Positions 50,076-63,950 of a stretch of DNA of 64,000 nucleotides are shown one piece after another. Position numbers and translations under genes: made by a program. Origin of the DNA: Glaucostegus cemiculus (lineage: Eukaryota). The stretch lies in the NCBI GenBank assembly GCA_976551045.1, contig CDPCPM010000020.1:186001-250000 (forward strand), read 5' to 3'. Numbering within the stretch: position 1 is the stretch's first letter; every line of letters begins with the position of its first letter. Under the pieces are notes generated by a model. The model did not search any database. It worked only from the letters and a program-made list of their open reading frames with translations, and was not told where the DNA came from.

Positions 50076-51753
50076 AAATAAGCTTTGTTTAGGCACTAAG
50101 TATGGAGGTGAGGTCAGCCCCATTATGACAAAATAAAAATTGAACTTGCCAAGACAAGTTGCTGCTCTGATTTCAGAAGCCTTTTTATCTAATTGCTAGT
50201 TTGAATGTTCTTAATTGAGGGGAGTTACTTTCTGTTCTTACTGTGAATCAGGAAATCATAATAAAAGAGAGAATGCATAAATCTTTGCCACTCTTTGGTG
50301 AGAATAGTGGTGGTTGTTTTACTTTTTGGTGAAAGATTGCTTCATTTAAGAGTTTGAATACTACACTCCAGCACTTGTATGTAAAGCAGTTTAATTCCTT
50401 GCTGTAGCCCTGCAGGTTCCATGGAATGTACTCCGCTTCAAAAAAGGACACTGCTTTGATCCTGCCAGATCCTTAGTTCCATCAATCTGGTCTGTAACCG
50501 CGAGTGTTCTAAATGTTTTATTCATATTGTGAATTGATTTAGCACTCTGGTTACTTTTGTCCAAAAAGGATAAAACTCAACAGTTACATGACTTGTACAT
50601 TTTTGTTTAGTCTTGTGTGTAGCGTTTAATCTTTGAAACTTTTTTCCTCCCTTGCTCACCATCCAAATTCAGAGGCTCTTCATGCTGAAAGTGTTAACCG
50701 AGTTGTTACTTTATCATGTGTCTCAAATGTCTCAAAGTACTTTACATACAACAAATAACTGAAATATTGTGACTTGTGTTGCCAAATGCATTATCATTTG
50801 TGCTCAATTATTCTCCGTGCACCAAGATCCCACAGGCAGGTTTGAGACAACTTTGGTGGTTTACAAGGGTAATGATGTATAATGAACATTTGGATTACAA
50901 TTGGTATTTAATTTATTTGTGGTAGCTATAGTGACTTTTCTATTATGTTGCTAATTAATTGCATCTCAACAACTTTAGTACAATTTTTGTATTAATATTT
51001 GCATATCTCCTGGAAAATATTCATTGTTTATGTACAGAATTGTTTGTATCACTGAATGTAATGATTATGAGTGGAGTGTTCATCCATTTACCAAAAATAA
51101 GTGAGTTTCATCAAAGCATTTGTATAAAGCATTGTTTTCTTATCTTTAAACTGGTTACATCACAAAAGCATTACACTAACTTGAGACTTAATGTTGCAGC
51201 AGCCATGAGACTACAACTGGCTTGTTTAGTTTGGCCAGGTTAAAACAGAGTTGGGTTCCATTCACTGCCTCTTTGTTTAGGGTCTGGGTCAGATGAGCCA
51301 TTCATTAAAGCTGTTTATTAAGCTGCAATGTAAAATTAAATTCCTTTTTTTTCCTTCTATTTGTATTCTTCCTCCTCCTCGTTAAAACATATTAATAATC
51401 TTTTTGAGTTTCTCTCTACAGTATTTCTGGTCAAAATTTGATACATCTATTTATTTTCATTTCATTAAATTTGAAAATGGATGAGGAAATGGCAATTCTG
51501 CTAATTTTCAGAGTTTATGTCACCCTTTTTTTTGTTTAAAACGGCTGAGAATTCTATCAGTAAATTCCCCAGACATATTATTTGGAGGAATTCAAATAGA
51601 GGTGTTCATGTGAATGAAGTGAGGGCAAAAAATAGGTAGGACTCATTTACAAGGTAGGTTAGAGAATGGTTCATTCCACCTGGCAACTCTGTCCTAAACT
51701 TTTAATGAAAGTCTGAACTCTACTGTTTAAAAGACTTCAGAATTTTTTAAAAT

Positions 51754-52050
51754 TCATTCATGAGTTTGAGTGTTAGTGGCGAGGCTGCAATTCATTGCCC
51801 ATCTAAAATTATCCTTGAGGTGCTGTTGAGCTGTTTTGAACTGCAGCAACCCTTGTGGTGAAGGTACTTCCACTGTACTTTTAAGTAGGGAGTTCCATGA
51901 TTTTTGACCCAGCAACGAAGGAGGAACAACTATATACTGTACGTCCAAATCAAGTAGATGTGGGGTTTCGGAGATGTTCTTGTGCACCTGTCCTTTTGGG
52001 TAATAGAAGCGGTGGATTTGGGAGGTTCTGTTGAAACCTTGGTTAGTTGA
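51754..52050 (-). mobile_element. CR1/L2-group LINE 3' end
   Basis: Reverse ORF GQKSWNSLLKSTVEVPSPQGLLQFK, followed by a tgaa-repeat tail. Confidence 0.7.
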
Positions 52051-53944
52051 TTTAGAGCATGAACTGTCAACAAGATGTACTATATTCCATTTGGTTAATT
52101 ATTGTGGTAACTATTAAGAAATGGATGTGACAAAATCGTAGATTTCTCTAAACTTTCGGGTTTCGCATTTTGATGGCACTTAAGTTGATGTATTGAAGGT
52201 TATATTGTAAGAGAGTGGCGCGGAGTTATTTTTTTCTTGAATTCAGCCTCCACATACAGATGAGTAATTATTCGCCCAAATAGGAAAAATCACAAAGATG
52301 GAATATTTTGAATTTTGGTGCAACCGTACCAATGAGACTGCCCTATTCTAGTGGGGAGAGATCGTATAATGTATGTAACCTTTGTTCTGGAAGTATTTCT
52401 CAGTTTTCACCCTTGCTGTTAGTCCCAGTATGACTAGAAAGAAGGCTGTTTTTAAGTTAAAGTTCTTGGTGTCATTGCATGTCTTGGCCATTTTCTTAAG
52501 TCACTGTGCAACTTCATTGTATAATGCTTGTAGGAGAATGCATTTGTGTTGTTTTGTGTATGTTTTTAAGATTCCTCTCACAAATTTCACTCTCGCTGTT
52601 AACTTAGTAAAACTTTTTTTTTTCTCCGTTGTTTTCATGTTTTGCAGAACCAGCAGTTGTCTTTGGTCCTGGAATATGCTCCATTATTTTAGTTATTCCA
52701 GTTTTTCACTCAGGATCTCTGTCACTGAATTGAGATCAGAATTATCACTGTGATCCTCAAAACTGTTTCTATTGCCTGCTAACTCATGGTTCCTAGGGCT
52801 GCTTAATTTAATAGTAAGGACTGTTACAAGAGAACATTTCATTGGTAGGATATTATTCTAAGTCCATTTATTGTTTTTTCTTGAAACATGACAGAAACCA
52901 TGTGTTCCAACCTGTCATGCCACAGCTGTAGATCAGATGATTGAATTCGATGAATGGTCCAAGGTAACCATGCTCTCAAGTTATGATCCTTGTTGCCTTA
53001 TACATTAAATTTGGGCCAATATGCATTCACTTCATCTGAAGCTATAGAAGTATTAACTGTTGAGATTCTCCAGGTTCTCAAATGTCTTAGCTGTGTACCC
53101 AGTAATGTAATTTGAGTTAGAGAGCAACAAACCTACATGTATAGTAACCTACTGGAAGTAATCTGATTAATGTCACCTTCAGTACTGGCCAATATAATGT
53201 TCCCAAATAGAGACAGCATTTAGTTTTCTGCAGGAGCCAGCAATGGCTGATAGCAACATGTTAGTATTCTGGCTTCAGAAATAGATCTGGCTCTCAAATT
53301 TTCTTTCGTGCATGGTTTTCCCATTGACCCACTAATAAAGCTGAGTCATTGTGATATGGAAATTTCCAGGTTTGATCTCTGGATCTTGGGTAGGATCTTG
53401 ATCAAGGTAGTCTTTATAGCGATGCTACATTTGACCTTACCACCACTAGTTTATGGGGAAGAAAATCTCTCCTGCTTTTGACTACCATTCAGAATCCACA
53501 TTGTCATTATGCTAAGGTAGTCTGGGGCTCACCTGATATCTGATGGTCAATTAGCATTCTTTGTTTTGGTTTGTCAATGAAGAATGACAGCTTGGGCAAG
53601 CTATAGGAGGCTGGTGGGAACCCATGGAACTCTGCCAGAGCAAGCAGAGACCATAAAAATGTTTGGATTCAGAGTGTTCTTAGATTTCGTTTTTTGGTCT
53701 TGAATTATGCAAGATTTCTGCAGTGCTAGACCGTAGAATTGGGTGTTTTGGTGACTGATCAGGTGTTGCCAGTGCAGGACCCATCAACCCCATCTTAGAA
53801 GAACTTCCAGGCTTCTGTCCTTCAAAGCAAATTTATTATACCAGGATTTGTGGGAGGAAGCCCCTGTGCTAAATTGCACGAGTTGGATGGTTATTAACTC
53901 TCAAAAGATAATTTCAGTTGCTTCTTTTCAGTGTTGTGCCAATA

Positions 53945-54410
53945 AACATGAAAAAGGAACACAATTAAGCTATTCAGTCTTTCAGGCCCACTCTGCTATT
54001 CAGTATAATCATGACTGATCATCTCTACCATAATCCACTCTCCATACCCCCAGATGCTTTTTGTCTTGAGAAATTTATTTCCTCCTTTAAATATATTCAG
54101 TGACTTGGCCTCTGCAGCCTTCCATAGTAGTGGATTCCATAGATTTATTACTCTTTGCATTATAAATCTCTTACACTGTGACCCCTCATTCTAGATACCC
54201 CAGCCAGGGGAAACGTACTCTCTGCATCCAGTCTGTCTAGCCCTCAAAATATTTTGCACTTTTCACTGAAATCCCTTCTCATTCTTCTAAACTCGTGTAA
54301 TACAAATCTAGTGGACCTAATCTCTCCTCATATGGTAATCCTGCCATCCCATGAATCAGTGTGGTGAACCTTTGGACTCCCTCTTTCACAAATACACCCT
54401 TTCTTGGGTA
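53945..54410 (-). mobile_element. CR1 3' fragment
   Basis: Homologous to 11405-11830 (ataatcatgactgatc...ttctcattcttctaaactc...gccatcccatgaatcagt). Confidence 0.75.
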
Positions 54411-57030
54411 AGCATAGTAAGCAGGTAACAATGATGCATTTTGAGTTGATCATCCTTAAAGATGCTTGCATTGTAGTGGTTGGGTTGGTACAAGAGACCT
54501 AAACAGCTAGTGTCTGGGAGGGGCATGTCATTGAGCTATATGAAAAAGTACCAAAATAATTTGTTATCCCAAGTTATAGATAACATACCATTTGTGGCAA
54601 ATTATCAGTCTATTAGAGAAGGTGATTGCTTGTTTAATTCTGATAATCACTGTCATTGACTTTGGTTAGATTTCATAAGAACAATAAGCAGGGATGAGCT
54701 ACCTCAGCATCAGTTTCCAGCACCATCCACGTGACCCTTGATTCTCATTATGCCCAGAAATCTATTGACTTGTGTTCTGAATGAACAGTATAGTAGTATA
54801 GTTTCATTGGCATTTTCCAATGTCATTGCTAGAGTAGCATAATAAAACTGCAATCTTTGAGTCCCAGTTCTGTTCCAACATAGGTGCTGTTAAGGGTAAT
54901 GTGATTGTTGCATTTTTTTTGTTGTCAAAAGTTTAGTTTGACATTTTACTGGTCATGTTGCAGTGATGGATCCAGATAAAAGTCAGATAGTGTTTGAAGT
55001 ACTTTAATTTATGGCTTATGCTTGGGTATCTGACTTTTGATGGAAGTGAATTGTATCTGTCTCAGACTAAATGATTCTTATTGCAAATTTAACACTTTCT
55101 TTGGATGGATGTCTGTAAGTCTTTAAAATATTTTTTTGTTCCAAAATGCCATCAAAATTCTCTGCATGGAATTCTGAGCCATAAATGATCTTTGAAGTTC
55201 ATCTGACTAAACATAATAACAATTACTTTCACAACTATACTTGGGGCAATAGTTACTGTACAACAATTAAAGCATCAAAAAACCTTTTGCAGATGTACTT
55301 GTCAGTCAGGAAATTTGCTCTGCCAGATGTAGTTGATTTGCCATTTAGTGATGATTGAGGTTTTTGGATCCTGATTGCAGTTGTATGGGCTCATCCCATT
55401 TTCTGCTGCTGAACTGCTTGCATTATCGTGAGTGAATTTATTTGAATTCTCAGTTACTTGTTTTCATGGAAAGTGAAGGTATTGAAGTTAATGGTAGTTG
55501 AGTTACTTGAATTGATATTTGGTTTAACATTAATATGTAGAAGATGTCTAAAGAAGAGTTCTGGTTGGAAGGTATTGATCAGACTTCTAGCAGCAAGTAA
55601 CACAAACATTGTAGCCTCTCTGAATTTCTGATGTCCCCTTGGATAATCAAGCCTATTGCAGCAATTGATGATTCTTGCCCTGCAAAAGAATATAAATTGC
55701 TTGTCAGTGGTTTCTTGTTGTGATGGTAAAGGTCAATTTGTTGGACATTATCCGCTAAGAAAAGAATCTGTATGTGACAGGTTGGTATTTTTTTTAATGT
55801 GTAGAGGCACTGCCTATTATGGCTACATTCTGATATGTCCAGACTTCAGAGCTTCCACAACCCTTGATCACACTACTTAGCCCCAATAAGTACCTTTGTG
55901 TTCAGTTTAGATAGAAATATCAGACATGCTCCTGTAATTTCTCGTCAGCTTAGGAATTCATGGGACCAAATCAGACATTCATACTAGAAATAGTTTTTTT
56001 TATCTCAGGATCCAGTGAATAACTGGGAATTGTTTGGGAACATTGCAGCTTATTGCCATTGGATTTTTGTCTGAGCAGACATGGGTTTCTTTCAATGTTT
56101 GTTTGATTTTTCTGTTGCATTGAAAGGAAGTATCCTTTCATTTATTGTCTTAGTTGTAACACTCTATGTAAAGAAAACCAAATACCACCATTGTTCCACT
56201 CAGCTTTATTCAGTGATAAAGCATTAGTTAAGCCCATTAAACCTAATAAAACTCTAAATTAAATGGACATAGTTTTCCCTTATTGGATACTAGCAAGAAT
56301 TTTATGAACTGATAATACTTGTGATCACATTAGCCAGGAGACAGCTTTCATGTGACATTGCAGTGCTTTTATGAATTCTTGATGAGGCAGCTTGTGATAA
56401 GTGCCCTAACACTGCTTTGTTCTAAGTTGGTGTCAATATTCAGTCTGTGACCTCTTAACTGCAACTTTTGTGTGTGGAGTTTGAACAATGAGGAAGAATG
56501 TTACATTACCTTCCTTTTGGTATGGTGTTCCTCATGCTACATTGTAGTTCAGCCTCCATATGCAAAGCTTCCTCCATCTAATATGGTGCAAACAAACTTC
56601 CTTTAAATCTGTATTTAACTCTCTGATTATCAACTCTCTAAATCTGCTGCAGCCTTCTTTCAAGTGAACTGAGGTATGCTCCCAGAATGAGGCCCATATA
56701 TGCAGTGAAGTGGGGGAAGGTCACGTGACTGTCATGGCCATGTGTGGTGCCAAACTTTTAAAAGGTACATTGTTCTGGGATTTTTACCACCTCGTTTCAG
56801 CGAGGACTTATTTGTATGTGGATTTTGAACTACCTTCAAAAATAAATGAGGATGATAGTAACCTAAGGTAGGTAATTTACATTTGTTGTAAATTACATCC
56901 ACTTTTAAAAATGTTTCTGATATTAGACTTAATGAAAAGTAATTTTATGTGTTCACACATGGAAATTTTACTTTCCGTAATGATTTGCAGGTTAGCCGAG
57001 ATTTTTTTCTTAACCTTCCATATCTGACAG

Positions 57031-57202
57031 GAAGCGTTCTTTGGAAAGTCATTGCTGGACAGCAGTCGGAAAGTTTGCCTCAGCTCAGAGGGTTTCTCTG
57101 ACAGTGAAAGCACTGAGTTTCCACAAGGCACCTCTCAATCGGACCCAGCAACTCAGCAGAAGGACCCAACAGACGAAAAGCGTGATGGAGCCCAGGAGAG
57201 GG
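57031..57202 (+). CDS. KMT2D: Coding exon 23 (EAFFGKSLLDSSRK...GAQER)
   Basis: tgacag|GAA ... GGG|GTGAGG; 172 nt; continues the conserved FPAYLQ|EAFFGK across a 9.2-kb intron. Confidence 0.92.
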
Positions 57203-58189
57203 GTGAGGACTTGGCAACAGTAATTTTTAATTGTGAATATATTTCAATTTTGGATATTGGCATGTATTGTGAAACATCAAATCTGGCAACTATTATAAAA
57301 TATTATAAAACTGAGGTAATATTTTTCATTTGTTTTGGGCCTCCTTTTGAATGGCATAACACCAAGTTAAGATTGAACTGTTAATCAGTTATTTCAGTGA
57401 TAAAATTTAGTATAAGTTAATAGTAGGCAGGTGGACTGCATTTCAGAAATAGTGATAATCCATTGATACAGAGTTATAAAAAGTGGCTTGCTCTTCTGAT
57501 ATACTGCACCCTGCAAAAGATAAAATTAAATATTTCAAGGTGTGCTAAAGAATTATTAATGACGAGTAATTAGTTTTATACATGTAGTATAAATACATAA
57601 ATGCAAAATCCCTATCATTGTCCCTTCATTATTGTCTTTCATGAAGGAAATTATTGGTTAGAGTTTGTACATAAATGTATTCCTTTTATAGTGCTAAATG
57701 GATGAAGTTAAGTTTCTTGAAGAATTTTGAAAACTCAAGCTTGCTTATCAAATGTTTTTTTCCTTGTTCAAATTCGGTTAGTGCAAAAGTGTATGAGTTT
57801 GAAACTCAGGAGGAACTAAAAACTAAATGATTGCTTGCTGGAAGTATTCTATAGCCAGGAGAGTCCCAGATGCAGTGCCCAGCAAACTTGGCTCACTTAA
57901 TACACTGGAAACAGCATTGTCTATGGTCCCTGATAACAAGCTGGATGAAGACCTTTGGACTTGTCATTTCCCATGTCAAGCTATTCTTGTCCATTTTAGA
58001 ACTATATACAAAAAAAAATGATAAATCTAATCCAGACAGTTACTATTCTGTTCACTTTCTAGTTGCTAATAAACTGGAGTTAACAGTGATCTCATCAATT
58101 AATACTGTCTTGTCAATAATCTGTCTGTGTTCAACTGCTCCAACCATGTGGTTCCAGATGCGAATGCAGGAGGTCGAGTCCCGAAGGAG

Positions 58190-58830
58190 AGTTCAGAGTA
58201 GCTGGTCTTGTGTAAAGGCAGTATTTGATTCTCAACAAAACTGGGGTTAAAGGGAAAATGATCTAGCACTTGGAATCTCATCTGGTGTACTGGAGAATGT
58301 TATGGCTGTCAAAAGCCATTTACAGCCCGCAGAACAGTATCTGCTGGTGTTCCTTGGGAAAGCATCCTGGGCTCAATCATCATCAGCTGCTTGTCAATGA
58401 TTTCTCCTTTTTGTAAAATCATGAGTGGGGCTCTTCACTGATGAGAGCAGTTCATATGATAATGAAGTCCTTGTGCATCGACAGGTAACATGTGCACGAC
58501 ATCAATGTTTGGTGCAATGGCCATCGAAGAGATCCCAACTATTTCCCCTTAACCCTCAATGACACCACTGTTGTTGAGCATTTTTATTTTGGGTAGGGCA
58601 GGATTTGGCTAACAGCATGGATATCAGATCAGGGCAGAAGCATCATACATTGATAAGAGTGGAGCACTTCTTGACTCCTCAAAGTGTTCCCATCATCTAC
58701 AAGATTAAAGTTTGATGGAATAATCAATACTGACCATTCACTTGCATGTGTACAATAATGCATGAGAAGCTCAACGTCACCTAGTTTGGAATAGTTCACT
58801 TGATTGGTGCCATTATTATTGGACTTCATA
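58190..58830 (+). mobile_element. Decayed CR1/L2-group RT fragment
   Basis: VKAVFD, GVP.GSILGSII (PQGSVLGP-like), LFTDE (FADD-like), aaggtgttc...atctacaag-type downstream motifs. Confidence 0.6.
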
Positions 58831-58839
58831 TATCGCCTC

Positions 58840-58972
58840 AAAAAGCAAAGAACTGCAGATGCTGGATATCTAAAATAAAAGCACAGAATATCAGTAATAT
58901 TCAGCAGATCAGCTAACTTCTGTGGAGTGGGAAACAATTAACGTTTCCAGTTGATAATCTTCCATCAGATTG
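58840..58972 (-). mobile_element. Penelope-like element terminal-repeat remnant
   Basis: Reverse strand ctgatggaagattatcaactggaaacgttaa...gatctgctgaatatt...tccagcatctgcagttc. Confidence 0.6.
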
Positions 58973-59516
58973 AGCAATAAATGTAGCATTCTCAGTATCT
59001 TCCACAACCTAAAAATAAATATCAAATAAATCCTGACAACTTATGCCATTTAAATCAAAGAAATTATGCTAATGTGTCACCTGAGGATGCAAAGTGATGA
59101 CATTTGTTAAGTGCCTCTCTGACAATCAACGAATAATAAAAAGAGCTAGGAAATTAGAAATGAATCCCATGTGATAGTTCATCTTTCTAAAAAAAAATGA
59201 TAGAATAAATCCAATAATTAAAATCCGGTGAGTTTTTCATGAATAAATAGTAGAATATAGTCTTGTATAAAAAGCTAAAAAAAAATTGCAGGTCCCAGTT
59301 AGAGGAATGATTATAAGATGTCGTATACCCTGAGATCACTGTTGTTTTATTCCGTACAATTCATCTGGATTCAGAAAAATAATGTTAGTTGGTCAGGTTT
59401 GTATAGCCAATGAAAAAATGTCAATGAACTATTTTTAAAAAATCTTTTATTTTGCCTATTGACGGCTATTAAAGATATTCTTTGTATCTGTTACTGTTTC
59501 CATTTAATTTTGGCAG

Positions 59517-59615
59517 TTCCTGATGCAAAGACAATCCAAGGCCCCCTCGAACGTAATGGAGACGCAATCCCAGATGACCCACCTAAAACTGAAGAAACTC
59601 AGCCAGATGGAATCG
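59517..59615 (+). CDS. KMT2D: Coding exon 24 (VPDAKTIQGPLERNGDAIPDDPPKTEETQPDGI)
   Basis: tggcag|TT ... TCG|GTAAGT; 99 nt, phase 1-1; weak similarity to the KMT2C/D linker. Confidence 0.75.
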
Positions 59616-62424
59616 GTAAGTCAAAATGTGGAGAAAGTATTTAATCTTGTGATTGTAATTGTTTTTCTTTGTAAGCTCTTGCAGCCCTATTTTCCTCATT
59701 TGGGCTTTTGGATTAGATAGCACCTTGGATTAAATCCCGAAGCAGATTGTGTTCTAATGGGATTTCAAGATTATAAATACAAAGAATCAGTCTACAGTAC
59801 AGAAGTTCATGAATTAAATATAAAATTAAATGAATTACCCCCTGATTTGATTATTGTAATTATAATGTCCATTGATTGTCTGTTGCACTGTAGCAGAATG
59901 CAGCCAGAATGTAGGGTGCTTGCTGATATGGAAAGCGAAGTTGTAAGCACTTACCAGAAATACATTTCTGAAGGTCTCAGTCTATATGCATCTTGTAGTT
60001 GGGTATCGAAAGGTTTTGGAAAAAACTCTGAATGGATCAGCTATTTTACCTCTTTTTGTTTAGGCATGACATGTAGCACAGAGAAATTTATAGGGCCCAT
60101 GGCATTATTGTAACTAAAAACTGCTTATCTAGTGCTCATTTCCTGTCAGTTGCACTCCAGATGTCGTACCACAAATTGAGTCCAACTTAATTAAAAAAAA
60201 ACAAAAGACCCAAAACTCATATAAATTTCTCCAGCAAATGAAAACTGACCTTGCCAATTGCATGTAATTGAAGGTAATAACTTGCAATCCGAAGAACAAT
60301 TAAACTTTAAGGTAGGCAAGTATTTACTTAATGTTATTTAAATTTTGGAACCTTAAAGGAGTGCATCTTAAACTTGTTAGCAGAATAATATGTTGTGATT
60401 TTTCTGGATGAATAAGCAATGAAAATTTAAGTGTTGTTCTGTAATCAGCTGCACTTGTTTCCAGTTTATAACATAGTCATAATCTGTGCAGTTTATAATG
60501 TAATAATACTCTGCAAGCATGCAGGTTACAATATCTTGGATCTGCCAGTCTGTCCTTACATTTTCTGAGCTTGGGTAAGTGGGATGTATCCCTTTTAAGA
60601 AGTGTATGTAATATACTTTGGACAAACAGAAACCCTAAGATGGGTGTAGAATTTCTGTGAATCAAGGCACCAGCAGACCAAGGAAACAAGTATTTATTTT
60701 CAGTCCTGTTCCTGGTGGTCTTAGCTACAGCCTTGTGAAGTTGGGGGCAGAAGCACAATATTGGAGCAGTGTGAAGGGAGTTTTGCTGTGCCTTCATTGA
60801 GCTATGTTTTTCATGGCGCTGCGTGATGTTGACAGTGGGGTGTCTGAAATAGAAACCGATTAGTTCCATAGTACTACCATTAATTGCTGTGATCACAAGG
60901 TATCACTTTAATATTTTTCCGTTGTAGCTATATTTCTGTTTGGTTTAGTTTCACATTTTGACTAAACTTTTACTGACTTCTCATTGGGTCTTCACTTTTG
61001 ATTACCATACGAGAAGCTGTTAGTACGTGCTTAGCCAAGTGCCACCTGTCTTGGAGTGGGTAATACTGGTCTTGTTGCTTGCTTTCTGTACCTTGAGCTG
61101 CTACAACTCCACTCATTTTTTTTAAGCTTTTAACTTGATGTTGCCACAAACTGGCCTATAGATCCTCAGTATTTTCATCATTCTAAAATTGTAAAGCTGC
61201 TGAAAATGGGGTTGAGGAACTTCAGGTTTTGGTTTTTTTTGTTGTAGATGAGGTGTTTGGACTATGAGAGGGAGATTTCAAGTTCTGTTGTGACTCAGTT
61301 TGGGGAAGGGGAGGTGCTGCCGGAGACTCTGGTAGTGGTGTCCAGATTGGTTCCCTCAACAATGTGCTTGTGTGTGTTCCACAACTATTTCCACTTACTG
61401 ATCCCAGGTTCACCATTATGACGTTCAGCGTACATGACTGCTTTCTACTGCTGCTAAGTGCTTCCTATGATTTTCCACCTCACTAAATGGAACAACTGAC
61501 TTTTATTTCAAGCTCTGTGTCTTATGTGTCTCTTTCTCCCAATCCTGTTTCTCTCCCGTACACCTCTGCCTTTCCCTTTGTTCGGCAGCCCTGCACCCCC
61601 CACCCCATCTCCCCCAGCCACCTGGCCCAGCCAGTGCAGTGAGCATGAAACAGAAATACAGAGATAGTAGGTGGTGTTAAAAGTTATAAAGTACAGGGTA
61701 ATGAGGCGAGGGGCTGAGGGAGGCAAGGTTCAAGGAGCTGAGGAATGTAACATTCCTTAAGCAAACTCCTACATCTCCAGTTTTAAAAACCAGTTTTGCA
61801 TGTAGTCCTACATTAGCTTGCTACTTCCTGTTCTATTCCCCTGACACCATGATGGGTGGAGATGCCCTTCCTTTTGCCGTACAGTTGTCTTGTGCCACAT
61901 CATGTCCTCTATTAGATTACTTTTTATCCAGTGCACTCTTGCATTCGCTCTTCCATTTAATATCCTCTTTTATTTTCTATCCTTCCTTTCCCCCGTCCCT
62001 ACCAACTATCTTCATCCCACTTGCTCTCTTTTTTTTCTCACTTCTGCAGAAGAAAAATTCGAAGTACTGCATCCAAATAGATTTACAAATTCCTCTTTTA
62101 TCTTGACAATCTTTTTAATGGAACTTTATTTTAATTTCTACGTAATCCCTCATTTTAGTCTGTTTTTTGCAATCTCAATGACACATAATGCATTTAATGA
62201 GGTTTACTTAAGGAAAAAATAAACACAGGTGTTGAAAGTGTGGTTAATAATATTCCACAGTGAAAACATGGAAACGTGATTTATTCAGACAATGCCCATC
62301 ATTGCCGCCACCACTCGTAGCATGCATCAAGTCTCACTGTGAAACCCATATGGTGTGTTCATAGCTCTCTTGAGTTATGATGAGGGTGACTTTTTTATAG
62401 CATGTAACACCTGTGAATGGTTGA

Positions 62425-62780
62425 AATAAAAACAAAATGTTGGAAAAAGTTAACAAGTGAGATTGCATTCTGTGGGGAGAGAAGTAGTTAATGTTTCAGG
62501 TTAATAACCCTGTTTGCTTGAAAGGTGGGGGTAGAGGGATACATACTGGAGACTTTTTTTTAAAAAGAACTATTTATAAACTGGAATTGGTTACCTGAAG
62601 GGGTAGTAGAAGCAGATTCACCAACAATTTTCCAAAGGAAATCAGATGTATATCTTAAAAGGCTGTTGGGAAAGGAAGTGAGACTAACTGAATATCTCTT
62701 TTGAAAAGTCAACACAGGCTCAGTAGCCCTTCTGTGTTGCATCATCGGAGTCCTCAGAACTGAAAATGTACTATTCTGCA
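62425..62780. mobile_element. Penelope-like remnant (minus, 62425-62515) followed by CR1 3' end (plus)
   Basis: ttaatgtttcaggt... then ctggaattggttacctgaaggggtagtagaagcagattc. Confidence 0.55.
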
Positions 62781-63639
62781 TATTGTAAGTGGGACTGTAA
62801 AATCAGCTGTCTTATTTTTAAAGGGGTCAGTTAAGTTGCTGAAAATTATAAATTCTTTAGGCTGGCATGTTTTTCACTCAGCCATTTGACATTTTATAAA
62901 TTATGACATGTTTTTGTATAAATTATAAAAACAATTTGAAATAATGTATATACTTGAATAATTTGTAAAAAATTTGTATTAGAAAATTGGTCACTGTGTT
63001 TGGGGGAGGGGGGGTGGAATGCACTTTCCTGAGGCCTAAAGTCCATTTTGTGGTCTGGGATTTGGATTTGTTTTTGAAGCTTATCTTGTGCCCTGGAAAT
63101 TTGACTCCTGGGACATCGCTCTCCTTTCCACATTGACAGTGATGACACACCACCTTGTGTCTATTTGCTGATCTCCTGTTTTTCGTGCATTTGCTCTGAC
63201 CTGTCTGCCCTTAATATCAAATTATTTCTTCCCATCCCATAAAATGAACCTATAACAATGATAAACTTTCATTCTGCAAAATTTGTAAAATGCATCAAAA
63301 TCACGACTGTGGCCTTGCACAAATCCCAAAGATGTTTTGTCTTTTGCATATTTGATATTGATGTCAATGAAGGAATTAACGATTGATCAGATCAGCAACA
63401 AAACACAAAAGGAATATTAAGGACATTTATTTTGTGCTCGGCAGAGATTTTGTGAATGTGAGACAAAAGGCTCATGAGTTTAATTCTGTTGCTCAACACA
63501 GAAAAAATAAAAACCTGCAATGTTTTGTGCTAGTCTAGAGAGTTGAGTTTTCTAAGAGTTTTTGGTGTTTCTTTGAAGATGTATCTTGTAACATTTTGTT
63601 AATTGCCTTTCACCAGTCTTGTTTCTAGTATATTGAATG

Positions 63640-63950
63640 AGGAAATGGAAACGGTGCTTCCTCTTGTGGGAGGAAAACCTAGAACTTGTCGCTGTTTAAA
63701 AATGAGGGATTAAAAATTATATGAAGTATAAAATAATACAGAGATGGGGTGACAGTTTTCTCTCTGAAGATCGTGAACCCTTGAAACACACTTCCTCAAG
63801 GGGCGTTTTTTAAACATTATGAAGGCAGAGATAGATTCTTGACAAGCAAGGGGTTGAGAGGTTACTGAGGTGAGGTGGGAAGGTGAAGGTTACAATCAGT
63901 TCAGCTGCGATCTTATTAAATGGCATAGCAGGTTCAAGGGTTTTTATTTC
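63640..63950 (+). mobile_element. CR1 3' end
   Basis: ttcctcttgtgggaggaaaacctagaac...aaggcagagatagattcttgacaagcaagggg...gatcttattaaatggcatagcaggttcaaggg. Confidence 0.7.

Larger units (their letters stand above)
5596..59615 (+). other. KMT2D: KMT2D gene model, 5' portion (putative non-coding first exon plus 24 coding exons; continues beyond the window)
   Basis: Exons join in frame with consistent phases (4261 coding nt). KMT2D-type rather than KMT2C-type motifs: CNCGEQSLHGQREL, WAHHWCAAWS, SGSFQSMKTLTLLCP, CVNSKITKVML, GFHCEWQNNYTHC, LFTEDEVEQAADEGFDC, KKSKLEDSFPAYLQEAFFGK. The N-terminus before the first PHD is short. Confidence 0.93.

Noticed and set aside
57203-57225. Alternative donor ACA|GTAATT at 57219/57220 reading exon 24 in another open frame
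   Set aside because: The phase-1 donor at 57202 gives the frame with KMT2C/D-like DDP...DGI residues; a second open frame over 99 nt is unremarkable.
10168-59615. Calling the gene KMT2C
   Set aside because: It has several KMT2C-like residues and an extra PHD, but the short N-terminus, exon layout and most diagnostic motifs match KMT2D; a phylogeny would settle it.
61589-61615. Four C-runs, a potential minus-strand G-quadruplex
   Set aside because: Isolated low-complexity tract with no contextual support.
61920-62070. Long pyrimidine tract ending ctgcag|AA at 62049/62050 as the next KMT2D exon
   Set aside because: No recognisable KMT2D peptide and no good in-phase donor; the same applies to the GG|GTAAGT site near 60574.
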